From: Vulcanimicrobiota bacterium
GTDB taxonomy: Bacteria; Vulcanimicrobiota; Vulcanimicrobiia; Vulcanimicrobiales; Vulcanimicrobiaceae
Assembly (NCBI GenBank): GCA_963795855.1
Contig: CAWCIZ010000001.1
Span: 64,001 to 128,000 of the forward strand
DNA length: 64,000 nucleotides
Direction of reading: 5' to 3'
The position numbers and the translations under genes were made by a program. The notes beneath the pieces are model-generated. The model ran no database searches. It was not told the origin of the DNA and saw only the letters and a list, made by a program, of their open reading frames with translations. Shown in pieces: positions 42,560-53,143 of the stretch (position 1 is the first letter of the stretch; each line of letters starts with the position of its first letter).

Positions 42560-42653
42560 CAACACCCTCCTTGCTCGAAGAACGTGGCTTTTCCGGATAG
42601 GTGACCGGCGCCTGTGCAACCCCGCGCCCGTCTTCGGGGTAAGGTCGAGCGAG

Positions 42654-43181
42654 ATGAGAATTCGATCCACTACCATTTTGGCCGTCCGCCGCGACGGAAA
42701 ACTGGCAATTGCGGGCGACGGGCAAGTCACCTTCGATAAAACCATCATGAAGCACGGCGCCCGTAAAGTGCGCCGCGTTGCGGGCGGAAAAGTCGTGGCC
42801 GGCTTCGCGGGTTCGGCCGCCGACGGCATGACGCTGCTCGAGAAATTCGAAGGCAAATTCAACGAGTACAAAGATATCGTGCGCGCGTCCGTGGAACTTG
42901 CGAAGGACTGGCGTCAAGATCGCGCGCTGCGCAAACTCGAAGCGCTGATGATCGTCGGCAACAACGAACACTTGCTCGTGCTCAGCGGAAACGGGGACGT
43001 CATCGAGCCGGATGAGGGCTTGGCCGCAATCGGCAGCGGCGGTCCGTACGCGCAGGCCGCGGCCGCGGCGCTGATGCGCAACACGTCGATGACCGCCGAA
43101 GAGATCGCTCGAAAAGGGCTCGAGATCGCCGCCGAGATCTGCATCTACACCAATCAGAGCATCGTGGTGGAAACGTTATGA
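42654..43181 (+). CDS. hslV: ATP-dependent protease subunit HslV
   Basis: [27 protein letters not shown]. Confidence 0.97.
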   Translation: MRIRSTTILAVRRDGKLAIAGDGQVTFDKTIMKHGARKVRRVAGGKVVAGFAGSAADGMTLLEKFEGKFNEYKDIVRASVELAKDWRQDRALRKLEALMIVGNNEHLLVLSGNGDVIEPDEGLAAIGSGGPYAQAAAAALMRNTSMTAEEIARKGLEIAAEICIYTNQSIVVETL

Positions 43182-44608
43182 CGCAACTCACGCCGCGCGG
43201 GATCGCCGCGGCGCTCGACAAATACATCGTCGGACAGGCCGCTGCAAAACGCGCCGTCGCGATTGCGATGCGCAACCGTTACCGCCGGGAGCGCGTGAAC
43301 GACGACTTGCGCGGCGAAATCATTCCGAAGAACATTTTGATGATCGGGCCGACCGGCGTAGGCAAGACCGAAATCGCGCGCCGTTTGGCTGCCCTTGCCG
43401 GCGCGCCGTTCGTCAAGGTGGAAGCGACGAAATATACCGAGGTCGGCTACGTGGGACGCGACGTCGAGTCGATGGTTCGCGATCTCGTGGAGCAGGCGGC
43501 GCGCATGGTGACCGACGAGCGCCGTGAGGAGGTCAAAGACGTTGCCGCGCGCATGGCCGTCGAACGCGTCATCGATCTGCTGCATCCGGAAACGCGCGCG
43601 CCGCAGCCCGCGGCGTGGCAGCAGCATCCGTTTGCCGCGACGCTCGGCTCGATTTTCGGCGGTTCGGGCGTGCAGCAGCAGCAACAGCCCCCGCCCCCGC
43701 CGCAGGCGCCGAGCGCCGACTCAGCGCGAGTCCGCGAACAAGCGCGCGCCGATGTCGATCGCGGATTCTACGACGTGCGTCTGGTCGAGATCGAAGTCGA
43801 GGAAGCGCAGAGCATGCCGATCGGCGTCATCGGCGGGGGCATGGATCAAGGCATGGGCCCGGGCGGCGGCGACTTGGGCGAGATGCTCGGCGGATTGCTT
43901 CCGAAAAAGCGAGTGCAGAAACGCGTGACCGTGCAAGAAGCGCGGCGCATCTTCGAACAGGAAGAAGCGGCCAAACTCATCGACATGGACGCGGTCAAGC
44001 GCGAAGCGCTGCGCCGTGCCGGGGAGAACGGCATCATCTTCATCGACGAAATCGACAAAGTCGCCGGACGCGAAGGATCGCGGGGCCCGGACGTTTCCCG
44101 CGAAGGCGTGCAGCGCGATATTCTGCCGATCGTCGAAGGCAGTACCGTCAATACGAAATATGGCCCGGTAAAAACCGATCACGTGCTGTTCATCGCTGCC
44201 GGTGCGTTTCACATGAGCAAACCGTCCGACTTGATTCCCGAATTGCAGGGGCGGTTCCCGATACGCGTGGAGCTCGATTCGCTCACCGCCGAGGACTTTC
44301 GCACGATCCTCACGCAGCCGAAAAACGCGTTGACCGAACAATACAAGGCGCTGCTGGCGACCGAGGGCGTCACGCTCGAGTTTCAGCCCGACGGCATCGA
44401 TCAGATCGCGCAATTCGCGATGGAAGTGAACGAACGCAGCGAGAACATCGGCGCGCGCCGCCTGCACACCGTGCTCGAAAAACTCCTGGACGACGTCAGC
44501 TACGAAGCGCCGGAGAAAAGCGGCACGGTGGTCGTCAATGCCGAGTACGTTCGCATGAAGTTGCAGGACGTCGTGACCAACGCCGACTTGAGTTCGTACA
44601 TCCTGTGA
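43178..44608 (+). CDS. hslU: ATP-dependent protease ATPase HslU
   Basis: [33 protein letters not shown]. Confidence 0.97.
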   Translation: MTQLTPRGIAAALDKYIVGQAAAKRAVAIAMRNRYRRERVNDDLRGEIIPKNILMIGPTGVGKTEIARRLAALAGAPFVKVEATKYTEVGYVGRDVESMVRDLVEQAARMVTDERREEVKDVAARMAVERVIDLLHPETRAPQPAAWQQHPFAATLGSIFGGSGVQQQQQPPPPPQAPSADSARVREQARADVDRGFYDVRLVEIEVEEAQSMPIGVIGGGMDQGMGPGGGDLGEMLGGLLPKKRVQKRVTVQEARRIFEQEEAAKLIDMDAVKREALRRAGENGIIFIDEIDKVAGREGSRGPDVSREGVQRDILPIVEGSTVNTKYGPVKTDHVLFIAAGAFHMSKPSDLIPELQGRFPIRVELDSLTAEDFRTILTQPKNALTEQYKALLATEGVTLEFQPDGIDQIAQFAMEVNERSENIGARRLHTVLEKLLDDVSYEAPEKSGTVVVNAEYVRMKLQDVVTNADLSSYIL

Positions 44609-45618
44609 ACGTTCTGCTGCTCGGCGGAACGCGGTTCGTGGGACGTCACATAGCGCAGGCATTTGCGGATGCGGGACATGCGGTCACGCTGTTCAACCGC
44701 GGCACTCACGGGGATGTGCACGCGCAACTCGAGCAAGTTCACGGCGATCGCGTGACCGGCCTGGACCGGCTCTCGGCGCGTTCGTGGGATGCGGTCGTCG
44801 ACACGTCGGGCTACACGCCGGACGTGGTCGAAACCTCTGCGCGGTTTTTCGACACGCGCACGGCGCGTTACGTGTTCGTTTCCACGCTCTCCGTCTACGA
44901 CGGCGAGCGCACCGGCGGTCCGGACGAAGATGCGCCCGTGCTGGCATTCCCTGAAGGCGCGGATCCGGCCGAGTATGCCGACGAACGGTACGGCGCGCTC
45001 AAAGTGTTGTGCGAAGGAGCGGTGCGCCGCACGTTCGGCGATCGCGCGACCATCTTGCGTCCCGGCCTTGTCGCCGGCCCGTACGATCCCACCGATCGGT
45101 TCACGTATTGGCCCGTGCGCTTCGACGACGGCGGCGAAGTCCTCGCGCCGCTCCCGCAAAATCGCGTTCAATACGTCGATGCGCGCGATCTCGCGGCGTT
45201 CGCCGTGCGCGTCGCGGAACGAAATCTCGACGGCGTGTTCAATTGCGTGACGCCGCAAGGCGCCGTGACGTTCGGCGACTTGTGTGCCGCGTGCATGCAC
45301 GAGGCGTCGGCGGAAGACGCGGTCGTCGTCGCGGTGCCCGATGAATTTCTCGCGGAACAAGCGGTGCAGCCGTGGAGCGACTTGCCGCTGTGGATTCCGG
45401 CGGCAAGCACGCATGCAAGCATCGCCAACGCCGACGCGTCGCGCGCGCAGGCCGCCGGCCTAAGCGTTCGGCCGCTGCGCGAAACCGTGCGCGACACGCT
45501 CGCCTGGGCGAGAACGGCCGAGAAACGGCCCGGGGCGCTGCACGCCGGCCTTTCGCCGCAGCGCGAATCCGAGGTCCTCGCGGCGGCCAAGGCGGCTGGA
45601 CACGCCGAGGTAGAATAG
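44605..45618 (+). CDS. NAD-dependent epimerase/dehydratase family
   Basis: [23 protein letters not shown]. Confidence 0.9.
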   Translation: MNVLLLGGTRFVGRHIAQAFADAGHAVTLFNRGTHGDVHAQLEQVHGDRVTGLDRLSARSWDAVVDTSGYTPDVVETSARFFDTRTARYVFVSTLSVYDGERTGGPDEDAPVLAFPEGADPAEYADERYGALKVLCEGAVRRTFGDRATILRPGLVAGPYDPTDRFTYWPVRFDDGGEVLAPLPQNRVQYVDARDLAAFAVRVAERNLDGVFNCVTPQGAVTFGDLCAACMHEASAEDAVVVAVPDEFLAEQAVQPWSDLPLWIPAASTHASIANADASRAQAAGLSVRPLRETVRDTLAWARTAEKRPGALHAGLSPQRESEVLAAAKAAGHAEVE

Positions 45619-45625
45619 AACCGCC

Positions 45626-46162
45626 ATGCCCTACGTGCGCCCGATTCTGACGGACGGACATCCGACGCTCCGTAAAGTTGCAAAAAAAGTCGACGTGAAA
45701 GAACTTGGCGATCCGCTGTTTCAGCAGCTCGTCGACGATATGTTTGAAACGATGTACGCCGCGCCGGGCGTGGGGCTTGCGGCGCCGCAGATCAACGTGT
45801 CCAAACGCTTGTTCGTCATGGACGTCGGCCACGACGACGAACATCCCGAAGGCGGTGCGTACGTCGTAATCAATCCGAAAATCGAATTGCAAGAAGACGA
45901 GGTCGAGATGACCGAGGGCTGCTTGTCGGTTCCCGGCTACGTCGGCGAGATCGCGCGTTTCAACCACGTCGCCGTGACCGGCATCGATCGGCACGGAGAA
46001 AAAATCCGGCTCGAAGGTAAGGGAACGTTCGCGCAGGCCCTGCAGCACGAGATCGATCACCTCAACGGCGTGCTGTACGTCGACAAGGCGAAGAACGTTC
46101 GAATTCCGCAGAGCAAGGAAGAGGAAGAGATCGCGCAAGCCGCGGCGGCGGAAGCGTATTAA
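45626..46162 (+). CDS. def: Peptide deformylase
   Basis: GVGLAAPQ, EGCLSVP, QHEIDHLNG. Confidence 0.97.
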   Translation: MPYVRPILTDGHPTLRKVAKKVDVKELGDPLFQQLVDDMFETMYAAPGVGLAAPQINVSKRLFVMDVGHDDEHPEGGAYVVINPKIELQEDEVEMTEGCLSVPGYVGEIARFNHVAVTGIDRHGEKIRLEGKGTFAQALQHEIDHLNGVLYVDKAKNVRIPQSKEEEEIAQAAAAEAY

Positions 46163-47066
46163 AACGCTTTTCTTCGGGACCAGCGCGTTTGCGGTTCCGG
46201 CCCTTCGCGTTACCGCGCAGCGTACGCAGCTCGCCGGCGTCGTCACTCAACCCGATCGTCCGGCCGGACGCGGTCACAAATTACAGCGGACCGCGGTAAA
46301 AATCGCGGCGATCGGACTTGGCGTTCCGGTCTTCGAGCCCGCTTCTCTGCGCGAGTTCGCGCGTGAGATCGCAAACGACGGATACGACTTGTTCGTGCTC
46401 GCCTCGTACGGACGGATACTGCCGCAAGCACTGCTGGACGTTCCAAGGCTCGGGTCGTTCAACGTCCATCCCAGTTTGCTGCCGAAGTACCGCGGCGCCA
46501 CGCCGATTCAAACCGCTCTTCGCGACGGCAACGAAGAAACGGGCGTGACGATCATGCTCATGGACGCCGGCATGGACACCGGCGACGTCGTTCTGCAAGA
46601 GCGCACGCCGATCGCCGCCCGCGAACGGTACGGTGAACTGCACGATCGGCTGGCGTCCTTCGGGGCGCAAGCGCTCTCGCATGCGATCGACTTGGCGCGC
46701 AGCGGACACATTCCGCATCGTCCGCAAACCGGCAAAGCAACTTTGACGCGTCCGATCCGCAAAGACGATCTGCTCGTCGACTGGCAGTGGCCGGCGCGGC
46801 GCATCGTCAATGCAGTTCGCGCATACGCGCCCGCGCCCGCCGCGCGAGCGACGCTCGCAGGCCTAACCGTCAAACTTTTGCGCGCTGCGGTTGGAACGCC
46901 CTCGATTGCGCCGTCGTCTGCCGGCGAAATCGCCGGCGCATCCGCCGACGCGATTGCGGTGCGCTGCAGCGATGGAACGGTCGACGTCTACGAACTGGTT
47001 GCTCCCAATCGCGGCCCCCAATCCGGCGCCGCATTCTTGCAGAGCCTCTCGGGCAGCCGCCCATGA
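46158..47066 (+). CDS. fmt: Methionyl-tRNA formyltransferase (apparent ATT start)
   Basis: In-frame IKTLFFGTSAFA..VVTQPDRPAGRG upstream of the tracked ORF; NVHPSLLPKYRGA, MDTG. Confidence 0.93.
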   Translation: MKTLFFGTSAFAVPALRVTAQRTQLAGVVTQPDRPAGRGHKLQRTAVKIAAIGLGVPVFEPASLREFAREIANDGYDLFVLASYGRILPQALLDVPRLGSFNVHPSLLPKYRGATPIQTALRDGNEETGVTIMLMDAGMDTGDVVLQERTPIAARERYGELHDRLASFGAQALSHAIDLARSGHIPHRPQTGKATLTRPIRKDDLLVDWQWPARRIVNAVRAYAPAPAARATLAGLTVKLLRAAVGTPSIAPSSAGEIAGASADAIAVRCSDGTVDVYELVAPNRGPQSGAAFLQSLSGSRP

Positions 47067-48406
47067 GTGCTCGCGACGTCGCGCTCCAGGTCGTCCGGGA
47101 CGTCTTTCCGGGCGGCACGACACTCGGCGGCTCGAAAGGCGAACGCGGCGCGCAAGAAGCGCTGGATTACCGCTTTCGCAAATCGGATCTCGACGCGCGC
47201 GATCGCGCGTTTGCGACGATGCTGGCGTTCGGCGCGATCAAGATGCGCCGCACGCTGGATTGGTATCTGCAGCCGTACATCGGCGAACGCCCCAAACCGC
47301 TGCCGCCGGTCATCGCGGAAATTGCGCGCATGGCCGTGCACGAGTTGCGCTTCACCTCCTCGCAACCGCACGCGTCGGTAAGCGAATGGGTGAATCTCGC
47401 GAAGGTCTACGGACATCGCGGCACGGCAGGCCTTGTGAACGCGGTGCTGCGCGGTTTTCTTCGCGACAACCCCCCAGCTCCGCAGCGTGAAGACTTCCGC
47501 GACGAAGACGATTACCTCGGCGCGGCATATTCGTATCCGACGTGGCTGGTGCGGCGTCTGCGCGAAACGTTCGGCGGCGCGCAGCTCGAACTGTTGCTCG
47601 AGGCGTGCAATGCGCCCCCGCAGTGCGCGATCGTCGTCAACCGCGCGCGTGCAACGCGAGAAGAGGCGCGAGCGTGGTTTACGCAGCGCGGAGCCCGCGC
47701 GGAGCTTTCCACGCTGGCGCAGGACGCCGTGCTGATTGCCGACGGCGCGCTGGCGAGAAGCGGCGAGCAAGAATGGAAGGGCGCGTGGTGGGTGCAGAGC
47801 GAGGCTTCGGCGCTCGTGGCCGACGTTCTGAATGTGCAGCCGGGAGAAGCCATCGTCGACGCGTGCAGCGGTCGCGGCAGCAAGGCGCTTCAAAGCGCGG
47901 CGCGGCTGGGCGGTGAAGGCACGGTGCTTTGTATCGAGCGCGATGCGCGCAAGGCAGCGGCTTTGGAGCGGCGCGCGCAAAACGCCGGTCTTCCGGTAAC
48001 TTTGGTCGTCGGGGATGCGACGGCGCCGATCTTGGAGCAGCGTTTCGATCGCATTCTGGTCGACGCGCCGTGCTCCGGAATCGGCGTCATCGGGCGCCAT
48101 CCGGAGGCGCGCTGGCGGAAGCGGCCCGAGGACGGCGAACGCTTGGCGCTCACGCAGCGCGCGCTCTTGGAAGCGCTCGCGCCGCATCTGCACGAGGGGG
48201 GCGCCATCGTTTACGCGGTGTGTTCCGTCGACAAACGGGAGACCATCGACGTCGTTGAATGGTTCCTGCGCACGCACAGCGTTCAGCGCGGATTGATTCC
48301 CGCGCATCTGGCCGAGTTCGAAACGGAAGCCGGCGACGTCCTCGTGCCGCCCGGTTTGGGCGGGCGCGACGGTTTTTACGTCGCACGCTTGGAACGCCGC
48401 CTTTAG
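47063..48406 (+). CDS. rsmB: 16S rRNA m5C967 methyltransferase
   Basis: NusB-like N-domain (VNAVLR), DAPCSG, YAVCS, DGFY. Confidence 0.92.
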   Translation: MSARDVALQVVRDVFPGGTTLGGSKGERGAQEALDYRFRKSDLDARDRAFATMLAFGAIKMRRTLDWYLQPYIGERPKPLPPVIAEIARMAVHELRFTSSQPHASVSEWVNLAKVYGHRGTAGLVNAVLRGFLRDNPPAPQREDFRDEDDYLGAAYSYPTWLVRRLRETFGGAQLELLLEACNAPPQCAIVVNRARATREEARAWFTQRGARAELSTLAQDAVLIADGALARSGEQEWKGAWWVQSEASALVADVLNVQPGEAIVDACSGRGSKALQSAARLGGEGTVLCIERDARKAAALERRAQNAGLPVTLVVGDATAPILEQRFDRILVDAPCSGIGVIGRHPEARWRKRPEDGERLALTQRALLEALAPHLHEGGAIVYAVCSVDKRETIDVVEWFLRTHSVQRGLIPAHLAEFETEAGDVLVPPGLGGRDGFYVARLERRL

Positions 48407-48415
48407 CGTACGCCG

Positions 48416-49105
48416 ATGAGTCGGTTTGCCCGCATCGAAGAGGCCTGCGCCGGATTCATCGAGCGCGCGTTTGCGAACATGTTTCCGAGCGACGTCGAAC
48501 CGGCGCAAATTGCGCGCAAACTCGTTTCGACGATGGAAGCGCGCACGCAAGCATCCGATAACGGCGCGATGACGGCGCCTCGACGTTACGCCGTTGTGGT
48601 TCACTCCTCCGACTACGAACGCTTGCGCCAGCACGCCGGCTATCTCGAGCGCGAATGGGCAGCTTTGCTAGCGGAAGTTGCGCAGCGCGTCGGCATCGCG
48701 TTTTCCGGCGCGCCGGAAGTCGAACTGCGCGAAGGCGAAGAGATGGTGCTGGGCGCGATTGCAATTGACGTGCTCGACGACGCGTTGCCGCAAGCGGCTC
48801 GCACGGCGCAAACGTTCGTGCTGCGGATGGTCAAAGGCATGCCCGCGGACGCGCGGTATCGGATCGTCGACGGCATGCGTGTCGGACGCAACACCGAAAG
48901 CGAGGTGTTTCTCGTCGATCCGAGCGTTTCGCGCAATCACGCGGTGCTCGAACTGCGCGGCGGCGACGTCGTCGTGCGCGATTCGGGCTCCACGAACGGC
49001 ACGTTCGTCAACGGGGAACGCGTGCAGTTGCGTACGCTGCATCTCGGCGATCGCGTCGCGTTCGGAAAGACGGAGATGATGCTGGAAGGCGACGTCTCGC
49101 CGTGA
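48416..49105 (+). CDS. DUF3662 plus FHA domain protein (FhaA-like)
   Basis: PAQIARKL; GR..SRNHA..STNGT. Confidence 0.88.
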   Translation: MSRFARIEEACAGFIERAFANMFPSDVEPAQIARKLVSTMEARTQASDNGAMTAPRRYAVVVHSSDYERLRQHAGYLEREWAALLAEVAQRVGIAFSGAPEVELREGEEMVLGAIAIDVLDDALPQAARTAQTFVLRMVKGMPADARYRIVDGMRVGRNTESEVFLVDPSVSRNHAVLELRGGDVVVRDSGSTNGTFVNGERVQLRTLHLGDRVAFGKTEMMLEGDVSP

Positions 49106-49542
49106 ATTTCACCGCCGCCATGCGCGTCGGATCGCTTGAAATCCTCGCCGCGATCGCGGCCTTCGGATTCGTGACCGCGCGCTTGCGACTTGCACCGGCG
49201 CGGCCGCGCCCGACGGCGCTGACGCTTTTGCTGGTGCTCCGGGAGGGCGCAACGGCTGCGATCCCGCGCGAGGTCTCGCTCGACGTTTCGGAGGGCACGC
49301 CCATTGTCATAGGCCGCTCGGCCCATGCCGGCCTGGAAGTGGCCGATCCGGAGGTCAGCCGGCAGCACGCGCGCCTCGAATTGGTGCGTGGTGTCCTTTA
49401 CTTGGCAGACCTGCACAGCAGCAACGGCACATTTCTCAACGGAAAAGTTCTTTCGGATGAGAGCATTGAGGTCAGACCTGGGGATGATATTGACGTGGGA
49501 AACACGCGCATCACCATAAGGGAGGCAGCCTCGGCATCATGA
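49102..49542 (+). CDS. Membrane-anchored FHA protein (FhaB-like)
   Basis: N-terminal TM; GR, SRQHA, SSNGT. Confidence 0.88.
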   Translation: MNFTAAMRVGSLEILAAIAAFGFVTARLRLAPARPRPTALTLLLVLREGATAAIPREVSLDVSEGTPIVIGRSAHAGLEVADPEVSRQHARLELVRGVLYLADLHSSNGTFLNGKVLSDESIEVRPGDDIDVGNTRITIREAASAS

Positions 49543-50255
49543 ACGTCGCCGTCAGCGGCGACCGCGGATCGTGCGTCACGCGTCTTATCGCGCCGCAGAC
49601 GTATCTTTTCGCCGTTGCAAACGGATTTGGTTTCGTCGAAGGCGAGCCCATTGCGGGCAACGTCCTCGAGCGCTTGCAGGATGACTTGCAGCGCCGCGCG
49701 CGCCGCGTGAAGAGCGCGAAGAATTTGCTCGCGTCGGCGTTCTCGCGCGTGAACGACGAAGTGCATGCGCGTACCGCTTCGCACGAAGATTACGTGACGG
49801 CGGGCTGTTCGGCGACCGCGGTGCTGCTGGTGGAAAACCGCGCGTACTTGGCCCATGCGGGTTCGACCGGTGCGTATCTCGCGCGCGACGGCTACGTCGT
49901 TTCACTCACGAAAAACGACACGTTCGAAGAAGAGGGAACCGTACCGGTTCTCACGCGCGCGATCGGTATTGCGCCCGTGATCGACGCGGCGGCGTGCACG
50001 TTCACGCTCAACGACGGCGATACGCTCGTGTTGGCCGGCCGCCGCTTGCGCGAAGCCGAGGAACGCCGGCGTTTGGCGGAATGTCTGGCCTACGGCTCGC
50101 AGGCGGTCACGACCGGCGAGCAGATGGTCATCGTCCGCTTCCAGCGCGAAGAGCGCGAGCAGGTGCCCGTCCATGCGGAATCGCAGAGCGCGCAAAGCGT
50201 AGTGATAGGAGTACTGGCGACGATTTTGTTCTACGCGATGCTTTGCATCCGCTAG
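49539..50255 (+). CDS. PP2C-fold protein lacking catalytic aspartates
   Basis: LFAVANGFG, AHAGS, LTRAIG, LVLAGRRL; C-terminal TM. Confidence 0.75.
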   Translation: MNVAVSGDRGSCVTRLIAPQTYLFAVANGFGFVEGEPIAGNVLERLQDDLQRRARRVKSAKNLLASAFSRVNDEVHARTASHEDYVTAGCSATAVLLVENRAYLAHAGSTGAYLARDGYVVSLTKNDTFEEEGTVPVLTRAIGIAPVIDAAACTFTLNDGDTLVLAGRRLREAEERRRLAECLAYGSQAVTTGEQMVIVRFQREEREQVPVHAESQSAQSVVIGVLATILFYAMLCIR

Positions 50256-51481
50256 CGGTTCTGCGGCGCGTTCTTCCGACCGCGATGGCTTTAGCCGTCG
50301 CGGCTTTTGCACTGTCCTTCGCGCCTGCGAAAGCCATCGGGCCGACGTGGCTGCTTGCCGTGCTTGCCGCGCTGTGCCTGGCATGGGTGCTGGTGCAGCC
50401 GCGATCGATGCTGCGCGACGACGCGTTGCCGGCGATTGCGATCGTGCTGTCCGCATTCGGTTTGCTCCTCGTTTCGCGCCTTTCGCCCGAGCTCGCCCAC
50501 AAACAGCAGTACTGGCTGCTGATTTCGCTCGTGCTGGCGATTGCGCTGGGACCTGCGTTCACCTTGTTCCGCCGCATGGCCGCGTACAAATACGTCTGGG
50601 TGCTGCTCTCGCTGGCGTTGTTCGTTTTGCTGCTCGTCTTCGGGCAAGAAGTCAACGGCGCGCGCTTGTGGATCAAACTCGGACCGGTGCAGTACGAACC
50701 GGTCGAACTCATCAAACTCTTCATCGTGTTTTTCCTCGCCGCATATCTTGCGGAAACCGCGGACGTCATCGCGCGAGCGCGCCCGTGGTCGATTCGCGCG
50801 AACCTGAAATATTTGGGGCCGCTTTTTCTGGGCTGGGGCGCGTCGATGGCGATATTGATTCTTCAGCGCGACATCGGCATGGCGGGGTTGCTGCTCGCGA
50901 CCTTTGCGGTGCTGCTCTACGTCGCAACGCGCCGAATCGATCTGCTGGTCGGCAGCCTGGTGGTGTTCGGCGGCGTCGCCGTGTGGGTCGCGCATCATTA
51001 CCACTACGTCGGCACGCGCATAGCGGTGTGGCGCAATCCGTTCGCCGATCCGCTCGGCGCCGGCTACCAGGCGGCGCAAGGCTATTATTCGCTTGCGGCG
51101 GGCGGCATATTCGGTACCGGATACCGGTTGGGACATCCCGGCTTCATCCCGGACGCCGCAACCGATTATATTTATGCCGCGCTCAGCGAAGAATTCGGTT
51201 TGATCGGTGCGATCGTCGTGCTGGCGCTTTTCTTGCTGCTGGTGCGCCGCATCATCGGCATCGCCGCGGCACAGCCGGACTTGTATACGCGGCTGCTCGC
51301 CGCGGGTTTGGGCGCGACGCTCGGATTCCAAGTATTCATCATCGTCGGCGGCGTGATCGGGCTTTTTCCGCTCACCGGCATCACGCTGCCGTTCATGTCG
51401 TACGGCGGCAGCTCGCTCGTCGCCAATTTCGTGCTCGTGTCGCTCGCGTGGGCGATGAGTTCGCGTCCCGAACCTGCATGA
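50243..51481 (+). CDS. FtsW/RodA/SpoVE family SEDS protein
   Basis: NGARLW, QRDIG, TDYIYA..EEFG, GITLPFMSYGGSS. Confidence 0.93.
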   Translation: MHPLAVLRRVLPTAMALAVAAFALSFAPAKAIGPTWLLAVLAALCLAWVLVQPRSMLRDDALPAIAIVLSAFGLLLVSRLSPELAHKQQYWLLISLVLAIALGPAFTLFRRMAAYKYVWVLLSLALFVLLLVFGQEVNGARLWIKLGPVQYEPVELIKLFIVFFLAAYLAETADVIARARPWSIRANLKYLGPLFLGWGASMAILILQRDIGMAGLLLATFAVLLYVATRRIDLLVGSLVVFGGVAVWVAHHYHYVGTRIAVWRNPFADPLGAGYQAAQGYYSLAAGGIFGTGYRLGHPGFIPDAATDYIYAALSEEFGLIGAIVVLALFLLLVRRIIGIAAAQPDLYTRLLAAGLGATLGFQVFIIVGGVIGLFPLTGITLPFMSYGGSSLVANFVLVSLAWAMSSRPEPA

Positions 51482-51593
51482 AATTCGTGCAGGCGCCCGC
51501 CCGGCTCGCGCGGTCGGTATGCCCTCCAATGGAGGCGCTCGCGCATCGAAGGAGTAGTAGCCAAGATACGGTTTTCGCGAAAGGAAGCATGGC

Positions 51594-52176
51594 ATGCAAA
51601 GATCCGTAACCATCGTGGTGACCGCCGCGATTGCGGCAGCTGCGCTGGTGGCGTGTTCCGGTGGAAAGCAAAGCAGTTCTACTACGACGACGACCACGAC
51701 GACGACGCAAACGTCGCCCGGCGCATCGCCTGCGGCAACCGCTGCAGTAAGTCCCGGTGCGGCGAGTCCCGCTGCAGCGAGTCCCGCCGCGACGACTGCG
51801 ACGAAGACGATGAAGTCCACGACCATGAAGTCGACGACCGTCGCCGCGGGCGGCGCTTCCGCTGCCGGCCAAAAAGTGTTCACCACCAATTGTTCCAGCT
51901 GCCATCAGGCGAACGGAAAAGGCCAACCGGGCGTGTTTCCGCCGCTCGCGGGCAACTCGGTCGTGACCGGTCCTCCCGGCAAAGTGATCTCGATCGTGAA
52001 AAATGGGTTGAGCGGTAAGGTCACCGTCGGAAGCACGACGTACAACGGGCAAATGCCCGCGTGGAAAGGCACGCTGAGCGACAGCGACATCGCATCGGTG
52101 ATCACGTATATTCGCTCCGCCTGGGGCAACAAAAGCTAGTGCCGTAACGGCAGCCGAAGTGACCGCAGCGAAGTAA
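51594..52176 (+). CDS. Lipoprotein cytochrome c with Thr/Ala/Ser linker (A-run frameshift ~52133)
   Basis: LVAC lipobox, CSSCH, FPPLAG, MPAW; removing one A gives WGNKASAVTAAEVTAAK*. Confidence 0.9.
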
Positions 52177-52193
52177 CGACGCCGCATTCATAC

Positions 52194-52227
52194 ACAAAGC
52201 CCGGCATTGCGCCGGGCTTTGTTTTTT
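52194..52227 (+). terminator. Intrinsic terminator
   Basis: acaaagcccggc/gccgggctttgt plus T run. Confidence 0.85.
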
Positions 52228-52272
52228 CTAACTGTCACGGCTCGCGCGAGCGCCGATCCTCGCGTTTTCACA

Positions 52273-53076
52273 TTATGGAGTGGCAGAAGCCGCCTCGGTA
52301 AATACCTGCGGCTCGAGCCACTGGGGAAACTCTACGTTTGTCAGGCTGTAGTGCCAGATGCCGTGATGCACGGCAATAAATGCGACGCGGAGCGTCCCGT
52401 CCAAAAAACCGCCCGTCTGCATCCAATATGCGCCCACATCGCCGTAATGCTCTTCCATGATGCCGTGGAAACCGAGACCACTGTTGAGCGCAAAACGCAG
52501 CATGCAGAAGCGCATATTTTTGGCGTCGACGATCACGTCGGTAAGCTGATGAAGCGGATTTCGATCGCGTGAGACAAGGTGCAGAGCGTGCCCCGGATCA
52601 CCGTTCGCGCATGGCGCCGTTCCGCGATCCTCGACGCGGTAGATGCCGGGACCCATGGCAGCGACGATCGTAATCGTTTTGAGCTCGAGCAGCGGCGCCG
52701 AAGGACTTGCCGATTGGACGCGGGGCGCGGCCGCGTCCTGTGAGTTGAACATCCCCTCACGTAATGCGCGCAGCGCGCCGTACCACGTCGGATCGAAGAA
52801 CGAACGTGCGGTGTAGTACCGCCGGCCATCCGCAGTGGTGAGAACGCTTCGATAATCGTAAGTCCGATGTTTGAGCTCCCAAGTGGGCGAGTTTGAGCCG
52901 GAGTGAATGTTCAGCCAAACGTTACCGTCCAGGAGCACCGGATCCACCTGCAGGCCATCGCTTTTCGCATCGATGACATAAGTGAGATAGTGGGGCTGCG
53001 GCAGATTACTCATGGCGGTTATCGCGTCCGAGTAGAGCTGCGCTGCGAGCGCTGCCGCAAGAAAAACATGGATCAC
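52273..53076 (-). CDS. Hypothetical exported protein
   Basis: GGAGG RBS, short hydrophobic N-terminus, 267 aa. Confidence 0.65.
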   Translation of the reverse strand: MIHVFLAAALAAQLYSDAITAMSNLPQPHYLTYVIDAKSDGLQVDPVLLDGNVWLNIHSGSNSPTWELKHRTYDYRSVLTTADGRRYYTARSFFDPTWYGALRALREGMFNSQDAAAPRVQSASPSAPLLELKTITIVAAMGPGIYRVEDRGTAPCANGDPGHALHLVSRDRNPLHQLTDVIVDAKNMRFCMLRFALNSGLGFHGIMEEHYGDVGAYWMQTGGFLDGTLRVAFIAVHHGIWHYSLTNVEFPQWLEPQVFTEAASATP

Positions 53077-53143
53077 GTTTGGCTGCCTCCACGGCGAATA
53101 TATTGCCGTCGGTTGTTGCGCGACTTCTAAAGATCACCCTTTC

